A stretch of DNA of 20,000 bases from an uncultured virus (IMG/VR IMGVR_UViG_3300042519_003322) (IMGVR_UViG_3300042519_003322); one strand, 5' to 3'; counted from the first letter of the stretch, positions 1-8,773 are shown. Numbers and translations: made by a program. The notes: generated by a model not told the origin, from the sequence alone.

Positions 1-1
1 A

Positions 2-958
2 TCGACTTCCATTATCGTTTTCGTATTGCACTGGTGGCAAAGGAACTATCTGGTTGCCGTTTTCGCCTGGCTTAATAGCAACTGGGATTGATGGCATTTG
101 AGAAGGCCGAACAATTCTTTGTGGCTCATTTGGGGGCATACCTGGCATCGCCATTGGCATTGCGCTTACAGGAGCAATGGGCTTACGCACGGGCATTACA
201 ACAATGGGGCGCGGCGCACCGAACATATAATGTCCGCGATTATTGCTGAATCCACACTTGTAGCGGCCAACTTCTCCGTTGTCCATTCTTCGCGCAAACG
301 TAATCTCTTCGTCGTTAACTTCCATTAAAGATACTTTTGCGCCCAAAATTGCAGCAAGCTGCTTTTCTATCTCTGCCTTGTCAATTGGGTTTTCTTCGTT
401 CATCATGGACATCAAGATTCCACCGGACAACTCTTCGGACTTAACGGAAATAGTCCCAGTTAGCTGGTTTGCGCCATGCAGAACCGGAGATACCTCATAT
501 AACTCAAGTTCATAAATGATATTTGCTTGGGATTTCTGGTCAAACTGAGCTCGAAGTGTCTTGTAACCAATCGACCACTCCTGCTCTTCGCCAAAGAAGG
601 CGACCATGGCGAATGCTTCGCGACCTTTTTCTGAATTGAGATTGAACTGAACTCGAGCGAACAGGCCACCAATTCCGGCCATCTTCATTTTCATAGGAAG
701 GCGATTATCCGTGTTCGGAACTTCGTAAATCTCTAGAACCTTGCCAATGGGGTCATTCCAACTGTGTCCCCAGACAACGCGCGGCTTACGGCGTTGGAGG
801 CTCTTCGTGAATGCTCCAGTGGCAACGATGTCGCCCACAGAGTCCTTGTTGCCGATGCCAGCCACGAAGCATTCGACAATTCCCTGCGCTTCATCCAAAT
901 TGATGGAGTCGGAGTGCCCGAGCGTAGACGACTTATATTCAAACAATTCTGATGGCAT
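2..958 (-). CDS. HK97-family prohead (maturation) protease with long C-terminal extension; partial, runs off left edge
   Basis: Not in the ORF track; translated by hand from ATG at 958 (GAAGGG upstream): MPSELFEYKS...IVECFVAGIGNKDSVGDIVATGAFTKSL...VVWGHSWNDPIGK...EWSIGY...LYEVSPVLHGAN. Shows the His/Ser/Glu motifs of peptidase S78. Frame stays open to position 2 and lies directly downstream of the portal. Confidence 0.9.
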   Translation of the reverse strand, partial: MPSELFEYKSSTLGHSDSINLDEAQGIVECFVAGIGNKDSVGDIVATGAFTKSLQRRKPRVVWGHSWNDPIGKVLEIYEVPNTDNRLPMKMKMAGIGGLFARVQFNLNSEKGREAFAMVAFFGEEQEWSIGYKTLRAQFDQKSQANIIYELELYEVSPVLHGANQLTGTISVKSEELSGGILMSMMNEENPIDKAEIEKQLAAILGAKVSLMEVNDEEITFARRMDNGEVGRYKCGFSNNRGHYMFGAPRPIVVMPVRKPIAPVSAMPMAMPGMPPNEPQRIVRPSQMPSIPVAIKPGENGNQIVPLPPVQYENDNGSR

Positions 959-990
959 TCGATAGACCCTTCACGTCGTGTCTATTGAAA

Positions 991-1026
991 ATAATAAGCG
1001 ATTTAGAAGTCTGTCCGGTGCAACTA
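991..1026 (-). promoter_or_regulatory. Putative late promoter TAGTTGCA-N22-TATTAT upstream of the protease
   Basis: Minus-strand TAGTTGCA (1026-1019), 22 nt spacer, TATTAT (996-991). Same architecture recurs at 14966 and 17026. Confidence 0.55.
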
Positions 1027-1084
1027 TCACCAAAGTTATTTGTTTAAAGAAAATATTATTTATTTTACTGAAATAGTAATTTCT

Positions 1085-3196
1085 TTAAACTGTCTGGCCG
1101 AAACTCCATGCCGACCTTGTCTCGCGCTCTGCCAGTAATTCTTGTTGGTGCGCAAAAAAATCCGTGAACATTTCTACGAGACCATCGCGAAAGAAACTAA
1201 ACCGTTTTTCTTCATCCGCATACACGAAAGATTTGAGCATTAAAGAGTTAATTTCATTGAAATGAGACTCGTTAATTTTCTTAATTCTCAATGTATGTGC
1301 ATCAACCATTGCTCGAACATCTTTTGCTGGCAAGGCTTTGATTTTGAGACCGTTTGTGGATGCGTCATTAACTCTCGATTCAAAAGAATCATTAATAATT
1401 GATGACACAACAGGACGAATATCCTCATCGAACTGCTTGTTCCACGTATCTATTGACAATACGGATTCAATATCAAGCGTGCCGTGCATTAGGGCTTTCC
1501 TTGATTTTGTCCCGCTTGCCTTTTCAAGAACTACTCGTTGCTGGCGCTCAATAACTCTCTCCATGCCACGAGCTAGAATGTTCGTCCATCGCTCTATCGC
1601 CTGTTCATTGCGGTCAATTGCGTCTTTGGTCTCTTGTTTTTCTTCCGTGGACTTTACCTGTATCTCGTTATCCGGCGACGATGCCACGGACATAGGTCCT
1701 GGGGGCATTGGAGCCTGTACGCCGCCTCCAAAGGCCTCTGGTGGGGTTGTTGTTTGCGCAAGCTGGCCACTGGCTGCGGACTCCGCAAGTGCCCCAGCCA
1801 TCGTATTGACGTCCAGCGGTACAGGTTCGCCGCCCGGCGGAACTGGTCCTGGGGGCATTCCTGGCACACCTGGAGGCATTCCCGGCATTCCCGGCGGCAT
1901 TCCTGGCATTCCCGGAGGCATTCCTGGCATACCTGGGACTTCAGTCTGGCCTTCTTCCATTTTCTTCTTGGTGTTAGCAATCGGAATGAGATTGGGGTTC
2001 TGGAGCAAGGAGTCTGCGAGGTCTGCCTCAACTTCTTTACGAGAAGAACCGATTCTATACTCGTTTGCACTAATTAAGCCAGTCTGGAACTCCTGCAACA
2101 GGTACCTGTCTCTTTCCTGCTTGTAGAGCATAAGAATTGGGACTTCTGACGTGTCAAAATCTAGATAATACTTGTCATCGAGTTCATCAAGAGCTCTGGC
2201 GATTGGCTCAAGATGGGGGAGCATTGTTTCCATCCAAAAAACACGGATTTCTTCTCCGGCATTACTGAATGTTCTTCCAGAAGCGTTTCCTATGACGGAT
2301 TCAGGAACACCAAATGCTGACAGAATTTCTTCTTTTGTTATTTGACGCATCTGAACATATGCCGCATCGCGCGGATTGGCCGAAGTATCGACGAAATCAA
2401 CACCGTCATCGGCAGCAATAACTGTTGTATGACCAGCCCTTGCCAGATTGCCGCGGAACCTATTTCTAAGCTCCTCCTTATCGTCTTCTTCCATCTCTCC
2501 ACGAACAACCAAAATGCCGCCAGGACGACCATCATTAAGCAGGTAGTTGCGGTTGTAGATTTTGGCTAGGTTTTCTATCTCAATGGCAACCCCAGCCGCT
2601 TCCAGTGGCGTAAGGGACAGATAAGGGTCGAGAGGGTGCGGTCTCCTTATCCAGCAAACATCTTCTGGCTTTAAGAACTGCTTTTCTCCGTAGGGCATTT
2701 GTACTTCGTACCCTGATACGAACTTTTTGGGGTCCGGTATTGGTGCCGTTGATTGAGGTGGAAGAAGGTTGAGGGCAATAATTCCCCCATCCCGTCCTCT
2801 AATTTTCTCTACGAATGCCCCTCGAGTACCGAGCATCAGCTGAGCCGACAATCTGTATCGGAAAATAAAAGAGTTTTCTCCTACATTCGCCTTATTATTC
2901 AAGAGCTCTAAGAGGGTAGACCTGTTGGCCTCGCGGCCGCGAACTATTTCCCCCTGATTAGAGTTGTCTTTCCTAAGAATAATTGGAAGGCGAGCCTGAT
3001 TTCCAGCAATCGCATCAATACATCTATTGACCCAAGTAATCTTGGACATTCCCTCGCGATAGGCGCGTTCAATGTCCCATCCATCCTTATACGCTTTCCC
3101 TGCTAGGGACGGGTTTATGGATACCGGAGCTCCATAGCCCAGGTCCTTGCGGGACGGGGGGATTATATTTTTATTTTGAGACGGGTTCCAACGCAT
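1085..3196 (-). CDS. Phage portal protein (HK97 family) with PGM low-complexity linker and helical C-terminal extension
   Basis: Motifs WVNRCIDAIAGNQARLP, LLNNKAN, GTRGAFVEKIR, LSLTPLEAA, YLLNDGRPGGIL, EEILSAFGVPESVIG, GLISANEYR are typical of HK97 portals; adjacent to the protease. Confidence 0.93.
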   Translation of the reverse strand: MRWNPSQNKNIIPPSRKDLGYGAPVSINPSLAGKAYKDGWDIERAYREGMSKITWVNRCIDAIAGNQARLPIILRKDNSNQGEIVRGREANRSTLLELLNNKANVGENSFIFRYRLSAQLMLGTRGAFVEKIRGRDGGIIALNLLPPQSTAPIPDPKKFVSGYEVQMPYGEKQFLKPEDVCWIRRPHPLDPYLSLTPLEAAGVAIEIENLAKIYNRNYLLNDGRPGGILVVRGEMEEDDKEELRNRFRGNLARAGHTTVIAADDGVDFVDTSANPRDAAYVQMRQITKEEILSAFGVPESVIGNASGRTFSNAGEEIRVFWMETMLPHLEPIARALDELDDKYYLDFDTSEVPILMLYKQERDRYLLQEFQTGLISANEYRIGSSRKEVEADLADSLLQNPNLIPIANTKKKMEEGQTEVPGMPGMPPGMPGMPPGMPGMPPGVPGMPPGPVPPGGEPVPLDVNTMAGALAESAASGQLAQTTTPPEAFGGGVQAPMPPGPMSVASSPDNEIQVKSTEEKQETKDAIDRNEQAIERWTNILARGMERVIERQQRVVLEKASGTKSRKALMHGTLDIESVLSIDTWNKQFDEDIRPVVSSIINDSFESRVNDASTNGLKIKALPAKDVRAMVDAHTLRIKKINESHFNEINSLMLKSFVYADEEKRFSFFRDGLVEMFTDFFAHQQELLAERETRSAWSFGQTV
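1848..1939 (-). repeat. Coding tandem repeat (PGM/PPGM)n inside the portal
   Basis: Repeated GGCATTCC-containing 9/12-nt units on the + strand encode VPGMPGMPPGMPGMPPGMPGMPPGVPGMPPG. Confidence 0.9.
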
Positions 3197-3203
3197 GCGC
3201 TAC

Positions 3204-3470
3204 CTACCCGAGGCCCAATAACAAAGCGAAAAGTCCGCAACAAACACCAGCAACCACCCAACCGGCAGGCATGAATATCATACCTGTACCAATACTACAG
3301 AACATTATAAAGCAAACCATTAACAAATTTGCGAAAGTTCCTCTGTTCGCCTTGGCTGCTAGTGAAGATTTTGTTTTTTTGAGGAATAAAACTGGAGATA
3401 ATAATACCACCCTAAGTCTTCCGGGTGATTTTTTGCGTTGTTTTTTTATGTTCTCTGATGCTGGTGGCAT
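3204..3470 (-). CDS. Small membrane protein, basic N-terminus and two predicted TM helices
   Basis: 88 aa with hydrophobic stretches FANLLMVCFIMFCSIGTGMIF and GWVVAGVCCGLFALLLGLG; ends 7 nt before the portal start. Confidence 0.7.
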   Translation of the reverse strand: MPPASENIKKQRKKSPGRLRVVLLSPVLFLKKTKSSLAAKANRGTFANLLMVCFIMFCSIGTGMIFMPAGWVVAGVCCGLFALLLGLG

Positions 3471-3539
3471 GTAAGATACAGTAGCGCAGAAGTTGGCCCT
3501 CGGGCACCATGGGCGCTATTTGATTGGTTACGTTAACTT
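3471..3539. promoter_or_regulatory. Divergent leaderless promoter region between head module and terL
   Basis: Minus-strand TACTGT (3483-3478) is 7 nt before ATG 3470; plus-strand TACGTT (3529-3534) is 5 nt before ATG 3540; no Shine-Dalgarno on either side. Confidence 0.45.
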
Positions 3540-4853
3540 ATGGCATCAAAATCTAACTGGGAAGAAGTTCTAGAGTATCTGAGCCCCAAGCTGCCTCCTT
3601 TTTGCCCAGAAGAGCCATCTTTGAATCAAAAAGTTTTTTTGAGGACAAACTGCCTTGAAGGTCTCTTTGGTGGGGCGGCTGGTGGAGGCAAGTCCTCAGC
3701 CCTTTTGATGGCCGCCCTACAGTATGTGGATGTCCCTGGCTATTCAGCAATCCTCTTCCGTAGAACATTTGCCGACCTCTCTCTGCCAGGTGCCTTGATG
3801 GACCGCTTTAAATCGTGGATGAGTAACTATGACGATGTTCACTGGAATAACAATAGTTTCGTGGCCACCTTCCCATCTGGGGCTCGCATTTCATTCGGCT
3901 ACCTAAATAACGTTAACGACTATCTGAGATACAAAGGTTCTGAGTTTCAGTTCATAGGGATGGACGAAGTTACAGAAATCCGAGAATCCGACTATAGATA
4001 CCTTTTCTCTCGTCTGCGTCGTCCCGCAAGTGGTCCTTTGGCGCAGATTCCGCTTCGGATGAGGGCGGCATCCAACCCTGCTCCGAATTGGGTTCGTCAG
4101 CGGTTCATCGTAGAGGGCAGAGAGACTGGACGGGTCTTTGTTCCATCCACGCTTAAAGACAACCCAGGAATTGATGCAGATTCATATAGGCAGGCCCTGT
4201 CTGCCCTAGACCCCGTTGAACGGCGACGTCTAGAAGAAGGCGACTGGTGGTCGACGACCCTCGGTAGCCTTTTTGACCGCGAATCTTTCATAATTATTGA
4301 CCCCAGCGAAATCCCCGTCATAACCAATTCTGCCAGAGTCGTTAGATTCTGGGACCTTGCAGCATCCGAGCCCACCGCGTCATACCCTGACCCTGACTGG
4401 ACAGTCGGAACCCTCATGATGTTCGACGGTGGCGTTTCGTACATTCTTGACATCAAAAAAGCACGAGTAAGGGGCGAGAAAGTAGAACAACTAATTGCCC
4501 AGACGGCGGCAGAGGACGGATACGGAGTGGCCGTCAGGATGGAGCAGGAGCCTGGTTCATCTGGCAAGGCGCTAGTTGACCAGTACGCCAGATATGTGGT
4601 TCCTGGGTACGATTTTGGAGCTATGAGGCCAACCGGAGACAAGGTCACGAGAGCGCGTCCATTCGCTGCATCTGCTGCAAACGGGAATGTTCGCCTAGTT
4701 AGGGCTCCATGGCTCACAGATTTCCTTGATGAATTTTCATCTTTCCCCGAGTCCGCTAATCACGACGACCAAGTAGACTCCGCTGTTGGGGCTTTTACTT
4801 TTCTTACCGGCTTGGGGTTGCCTAGACGCAGGAAAGCTTCTATACTCCTCTAA
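3540..4853 (+). CDS. terL: Terminase large subunit
   Basis: Walker A GGAAGGGKS, Walker B FIGMDE, coupling motif ASNP, nuclease motifs RFWDLA, MEQEPGSSGK and HDDQVD. Confidence 0.95.
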   Translation: MASKSNWEEVLEYLSPKLPPFCPEEPSLNQKVFLRTNCLEGLFGGAAGGGKSSALLMAALQYVDVPGYSAILFRRTFADLSLPGALMDRFKSWMSNYDDVHWNNNSFVATFPSGARISFGYLNNVNDYLRYKGSEFQFIGMDEVTEIRESDYRYLFSRLRRPASGPLAQIPLRMRAASNPAPNWVRQRFIVEGRETGRVFVPSTLKDNPGIDADSYRQALSALDPVERRRLEEGDWWSTTLGSLFDRESFIIIDPSEIPVITNSARVVRFWDLAASEPTASYPDPDWTVGTLMMFDGGVSYILDIKKARVRGEKVEQLIAQTAAEDGYGVAVRMEQEPGSSGKALVDQYARYVVPGYDFGAMRPTGDKVTRARPFAASAANGNVRLVRAPWLTDFLDEFSSFPESANHDDQVDSAVGAFTFLTGLGLPRRRKASILL

Positions 4854-4890
4854 ACTAGCAAGCAATTAGACACATACTAAAGGGACCAAT

Positions 4891-5385
4891 ATGAGCTTAG
4901 AAAAAATCCAGGAACTCCGTTCGGCTATTTTAGAGCTTGACGGACATGTTTCGTCATTCCTTGCAGGGGACCCAACAGCAGAAGAAGCTGGAGAAGTTCT
5001 TGCAGAGTTAAACTTCCTCAAACGAGACATGTCTGTTGTCTACGAACAATTTGCAAATCTTTTTGCTGACATTATGGGCGCTTCTGACACGCTCCTCCTT
5101 CCAGATGGCACAACCATTGAAAAGAAATCTTCCTATGACCGAAAGGGCTGGAAGCACCTAGACCTGGGTTCTGCCGTTGCGGACCGTATCGTAAAAATGT
5201 CGGTTGATATGGATACTGGCGAAGTTACAAAATCTCCAAAACAAATAGCAGAAGAAATGCTTACATACTGCGCCCCTTCGTATTGGCGAATTAAAGAACT
5301 GAACAAAATTGGGATTAACGCCGATAGCTTTAGCGAAGTCGGCGAGCTCAAAACCAGCATTATTGTCCGTAAACCGAAAAACTGA
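4891..5385 (+). CDS. Hypothetical protein, helical N-terminus, in recombination module
   Basis: 164 aa ORF with AAGGGA upstream, packed between terL and the annealase; no motif recognised. Confidence 0.75.
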   Translation: MSLEKIQELRSAILELDGHVSSFLAGDPTAEEAGEVLAELNFLKRDMSVVYEQFANLFADIMGASDTLLLPDGTTIEKKSSYDRKGWKHLDLGSAVADRIVKMSVDMDTGEVTKSPKQIAEEMLTYCAPSYWRIKELNKIGINADSFSEVGELKTSIIVRKPKN

Positions 5386-5396
5386 ATAGAGGAAAA

Positions 5397-6095
5397 ATGA
5401 CACAGAACAGCAACGATATCGCCCGTCTCTTGGCGGAGCCGTTTCCAGAAGAAATGGAACGAACACTCATAAAAAGTGGTGTTGAGTTAATTTATCTGCC
5501 AATTAGTGAAGTTATAAATCGCCTAAATAAGGTGCTGGGAATGAGCAACTGGTCATTCGAAATCATTTCTGTTGCTCGTGATTTAATCGATACCGACGAA
5601 ATAATTGCGCACGTTTCCCTTACGGCAACGATTGATGGATGCACGATAACTAAGCACGGCTTCGGTGGACAGTCAGTAAAGCGTCAGAGAAAAGACAATA
5701 AGCCTGTTGACCTTGGCAACGATTTCAAGGGAGCAGTCTCGGATGCCCTTAAAAAAGCAGCACAGCTACTTGGTGTCGGACTTTATCTAGCACGCTCTTC
5801 CGATGCCATGGATGCCGAAGACGCAATTGGCGCATCCATGCCTCACGTTGAGCCGAGCCCCAATATTGAACCATCTTCTGAATTGGACGAAGAATGGAAC
5901 AACTTTGTAGGCGTCACAAAGACTCTTGACAAAGAGCAAAAAGAGTCCCTAAATGACTTTTGGGCGAAATACTCTTCTGGAAAGCCAAAGCCGACCCGCA
6001 CTACAGTGACAGAAGAAGAAATTAAGGCTCTCATAGTAGAAGCAATGCGTTTATCTTTCGGAGCGACAATTATTGAGTCACCAAATGACAAGTGA
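5397..6095 (+). CDS. sak: Rad52/Rad22-family single-strand annealing protein (Sak-like)
   Basis: YLPISEVINRLNKVLG..NWSFEI and FKGAVSDALKKAAQLLGVGLYL match the Rad52/22 signature; GAGGA RBS. Confidence 0.88.
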   Translation: MTQNSNDIARLLAEPFPEEMERTLIKSGVELIYLPISEVINRLNKVLGMSNWSFEIISVARDLIDTDEIIAHVSLTATIDGCTITKHGFGGQSVKRQRKDNKPVDLGNDFKGAVSDALKKAAQLLGVGLYLARSSDAMDAEDAIGASMPHVEPSPNIEPSSELDEEWNNFVGVTKTLDKEQKESLNDFWAKYSSGKPKPTRTTVTEEEIKALIVEAMRLSFGATIIESPNDK

Positions 6096-6864
6096 ACAGT
6101 CGGTTGTCATGAAAGCCCCAAACATGCTTTCACCGTCTTCAATTGGAACATTCCGTCAGTGTCCATTAAAGTTTAAGTTCACTAAAATTGATGGCTTGCA
6201 AGATTCTCCCACTGAATCCACAATGCTTGGAAATTTCGTGCATGAGATTCTCGAAACAATGTACGCCCTTCCTCCTGAGCAAAGAACTCAAGACACTGCG
6301 AGATTGATTGCTCGCGACCTGTGGGAGTCAAAATGGGAAGAAATGGTAAAAACCATTATTCGTTCAGAAAAAGAAATCAAACTTTTTAGGTGGACCGCTT
6401 GGTGGTGTGTTGAAAATGTTTGGGCCCTAGAGCAACCTATGGAGGTTCAGCCATGGGCGATTGAAGAGCATGTAGAGGGGGAAATCTCTGGAGTGAAGCT
6501 CCACGGATACATAGACCGCCTTCATGTGGATGGAGATACGGCCAAGGTTTGTGATTACAAAACCGGGAAAACTCCCAAAAAACAGTATGTTGATGATAAG
6601 TATTTCCAATTAATAATTTACACTCAACTTCTAGGAAGTGCCGGAATAGAGGCAAAAAACTTTGAGATTGAATTGCTTTATCTAAAAGACGGCGTCAGAT
6701 TTGAAAAACGAGTAACCGAAGAAGACATTGCAAATGTTGCTTCTGTCATTGCTGAGGTTAAAGCCGGCATCGACCTGAGAATTGCTCAGGGTCATTTTGA
6801 GCCAAACAAGTCAATTCTTTGCAATTGGTGCGGCTTCAAGTCAATTTGCCCAGCCTGGAAATAA
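6085..6864 (+). CDS. PD-(D/E)XK exonuclease, RecB/AddB/Cas4-like, with probable Fe-S cluster
   Basis: LSPSSIGTFRQCP, GNFVHEILE, GYIDRL, DYKTGK, QLIIY and C-terminal CNWCGFKSIC (1+3 Cys arrangement). Start taken at ATG 6085. Confidence 0.9.
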   Translation: MTSEQSVVMKAPNMLSPSSIGTFRQCPLKFKFTKIDGLQDSPTESTMLGNFVHEILETMYALPPEQRTQDTARLIARDLWESKWEEMVKTIIRSEKEIKLFRWTAWWCVENVWALEQPMEVQPWAIEEHVEGEISGVKLHGYIDRLHVDGDTAKVCDYKTGKTPKKQYVDDKYFQLIIYTQLLGSAGIEAKNFEIELLYLKDGVRFEKRVTEEDIANVASVIAEVKAGIDLRIAQGHFEPNKSILCNWCGFKSICPAWK

Positions 6865-6877
6865 GTTGCAGGCCCTA

Positions 6878-7420
6878 ATGGAGACATCACAGATTAATAA
6901 AACAATGAATACAAAATGGAACGACGACGCCTTTGCAAGAATGGTTGCCGAAGAAGTAAAAAACAAAACTTCACTTCAAGAACGCGAAGAACTTCAAAAT
7001 CCAGAACATTGGGATAGATGGAAGCGTGCTCTTATAGCTCTTTCGGACAACCTACAAAGACAAATTGACTCAATAGAGGCAGATAGTGAATCAGACCAGC
7101 AGCGTTATTCTTCTCTTGGTGCCAAAGGTGGGAAACTAACGACGGAAGCACTTCGTTACTATGGTGAAAAAGCAACCCGAATCAAGAGATTCAAATATCA
7201 CGTAGACCGCCGTCTTGACGACGTCTGCCTAATGATTGACACAGGGGAAACCAGTAATAACGACGGGTGGAAGGAAGTTGACTTTTACCGCAGGGCAATC
7301 ATTGCGCACAAAAACTTATTAGAAGAGTTTGACCTTGAAGATACGGCCATCGACCGTTCGCTATGGGATTGCCTTGATGGTAAATGGACTTTCGGGGACA
7401 TTAATAATGACAATTTATGA
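6878..7420 (+). CDS. Hypothetical helical/coiled-coil protein
   Basis: Long ORF filling the gap; likely start is ATG 6878 or 6905 rather than 6782, which overlaps the nuclease. Confidence 0.7.
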   Translation: METSQINKTMNTKWNDDAFARMVAEEVKNKTSLQEREELQNPEHWDRWKRALIALSDNLQRQIDSIEADSESDQQRYSSLGAKGGKLTTEALRYYGEKATRIKRFKYHVDRRLDDVCLMIDTGETSNNDGWKEVDFYRRAIIAHKNLLEEFDLEDTAIDRSLWDCLDGKWTFGDINNDNL

Positions 7421-7437
7421 TGTAATATTCATACTTA

Positions 7438-7791
7438 ATGAAGCCCAATAAGCCAATTAAACGAACGCCGCTCAAACGCAGTACAAAGAAAATAGCCAAA
7501 CGTAGCCAAAAAACTGAAGAAATATACGTTGAGCGCCGCAAGATTGTTGCTCGAATGCTGTCTGATTTCCCACTTTGTTTTGCCTGCCCAGTTTTTGCCA
7601 AGAATGATGGATTGCATGTTTTTATTCATCGCAATAGTGTCGATGTGCATGAGCTCGTTCGTCGCTCGCAGGGTGGCTCAATACTTGAAGAAGAAAATCT
7701 CGTTACCGTGTGCAGAAAGTGTCACTCAAGAATCGGCAACGAACCGGCCCTTGCTTTTTCGCTTGGGTTGGCCAAACACTCATGGGAGTGA
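7438..7791 (+). CDS. HNH endonuclease, zinc-binding, with basic N-terminus
   Basis: CFAC...DVHELVRRSQGG...NLVTVCRKCH is an HNH/CxxC pattern. Confidence 0.85.
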   Translation: MKPNKPIKRTPLKRSTKKIAKRSQKTEEIYVERRKIVARMLSDFPLCFACPVFAKNDGLHVFIHRNSVDVHELVRRSQGGSILEEENLVTVCRKCHSRIGNEPALAFSLGLAKHSWE

Positions 7792-7847
7792 GTGTATTAT
7801 TTAGTTATCTTCAGAAATCGCTACCTGAGGACCCAAATAGGTGCACG

Positions 7848-7892
7848 GGCGGGTAGTTGTTCAATGGTGAGCCACTGCCCGCCTTTGTATTT
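7848..7892 (+). terminator. Long hairpin with T-rich tail, intrinsic terminator-like
   Basis: GGCGGGTAGTTGTTCA-ATGG-TGAGCCACTGCCCGCC pairs at 15 of 16 positions (including G-U), followed by TTTGTATTT. Confidence 0.6.
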
Positions 7893-7908
7893 GCTATAGT
7901 CCCTAATT
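7892..7908 (+). promoter_or_regulatory. Extended -10 promoter for a leaderless ruvC-like gene
   Basis: TGC-TATAGT (7892-7900), 8 nt before GTG 7909; no RBS. Confidence 0.5.
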
Positions 7909-8436
7909 GTGCGTTTGCTTGGGCTTGACCTTTCTCTTACATCTACCGGTTACTGTGTAGAAGGAGAAACTGGAATAATCGCCCTGAAGCTAAAAGGGGC
8001 TGAAAGACTGTCTAAGGTTTCTGACGAGATTATTAAAATAATTACCACCCACTCGATAGAAGCAGTCATAATTGAGGGCTATTCTTTTGCCTCGCGCAAC
8101 AGCCAGGCACACAGTATTGGTGAAATGGGGGGCGTTGTGAGAATGAAGTTGTGGGAGATGGGAACCCCCTATGTAGAGGTCCCACCTACCTGTAGGGCGA
8201 AGTTTGCCACCGGTAAGGGCAATGCCGGGAAGACTGAGGTTATTTCGGCTATTTCTGCCAAGACCGGACTCACTTTTTTGGGTGCTGGAGCAGATGACGA
8301 ATGCGATGCATGGATACTCCGGCAGATGGGCCTTGCTTATATCGGAGAATCAAAGGAATCTTGGACTAAAGAGCAATTAGAGGCTTTAATAAAAGTAGAC
8401 TGGTCCCCTATCGAGGGAATGAGAGAGGTTTCTTAG
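7909..8436 (+). CDS. ruvC: RuvC-like Holliday junction resolvase
   Basis: LLGLDLSLTSTGY, IIEGY, KFATGKGNAGK and DDECDA carry the RuvC acidic tetrad. Confidence 0.9.
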   Translation: MRLLGLDLSLTSTGYCVEGETGIIALKLKGAERLSKVSDEIIKIITTHSIEAVIIEGYSFASRNSQAHSIGEMGGVVRMKLWEMGTPYVEVPPTCRAKFATGKGNAGKTEVISAISAKTGLTFLGAGADDECDAWILRQMGLAYIGESKESWTKEQLEALIKVDWSPIEGMREVS

Positions 8437-8437
8437 T

Positions 8438-8773
8438 ATGAGAACAACGCCAATTAGCCAAATTGATATTGAGCAGGAGTTGCTCCGGTTGATGGATATG
8501 CTTGAAGAAGAGACAGAGCAATTTGAATCTCTATCTATGGATATGGCAAAAAAAGAAGCTCTCTATAAAGCCAATTGGGCTCGCGAATATCTGTCTGCCA
8601 AGGGGTCTATAAAAGAGAGAGAAGCGTGGGCGGATTACAAGCTTGACCAGGAGTACTTTGAATACAAGTGTGCCGAAGCTCTTGTTAAATCTAAAAGAGA
8701 AAAGCTTCTTTCCGTTCGCTCATCCATGGATGCAATACGAACACTAAACGCCAACGTTAGAAATCAGGTATAG
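8438..8773 (+). CDS. Hypothetical coiled-coil protein (possibly UvsY-like)
   Basis: 111 aa all-helical ORF tightly coupled to ruvC, GAGG upstream. The UvsY resemblance is only an impression. Confidence 0.7.
   Translation: MRTTPISQIDIEQELLRLMDMLEEETEQFESLSMDMAKKEALYKANWAREYLSAKGSIKEREAWADYKLDQEYFEYKCAEALVKSKREKLLSVRSSMDAIRTLNANVRNQV

Noticed and set aside
98..965. Short ORFs listed in the track over the first kilobase
   Set aside because: All overlap the edge-truncated minus-strand protease that the track missed.
1848..1939. GGCATTCC repeats as a CRISPR array or iterons
   Set aside because: The units are 9-12 nt, in frame, lack unique spacers and vary at synonymous positions of a PGM peptide repeat.
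1338..2126. 262-aa plus-strand ORF with GIPG repeats
   Set aside because: Antisense shadow of the portal repeat region.
4097..4717. 206-aa minus-strand ORF
   Set aside because: Antisense to the well-supported terminase nuclease domain; no motif.
6085..6864. Cas4-like nuclease as part of a CRISPR system
   Set aside because: No cas1/cas2 and no repeat-spacer array seen; the context is a phage recombination module.
6863..6900. AAGTTGCA near-match to the late promoter motif
   Set aside because: One mismatch and no clean TANNNT at the 21-22 nt spacing.
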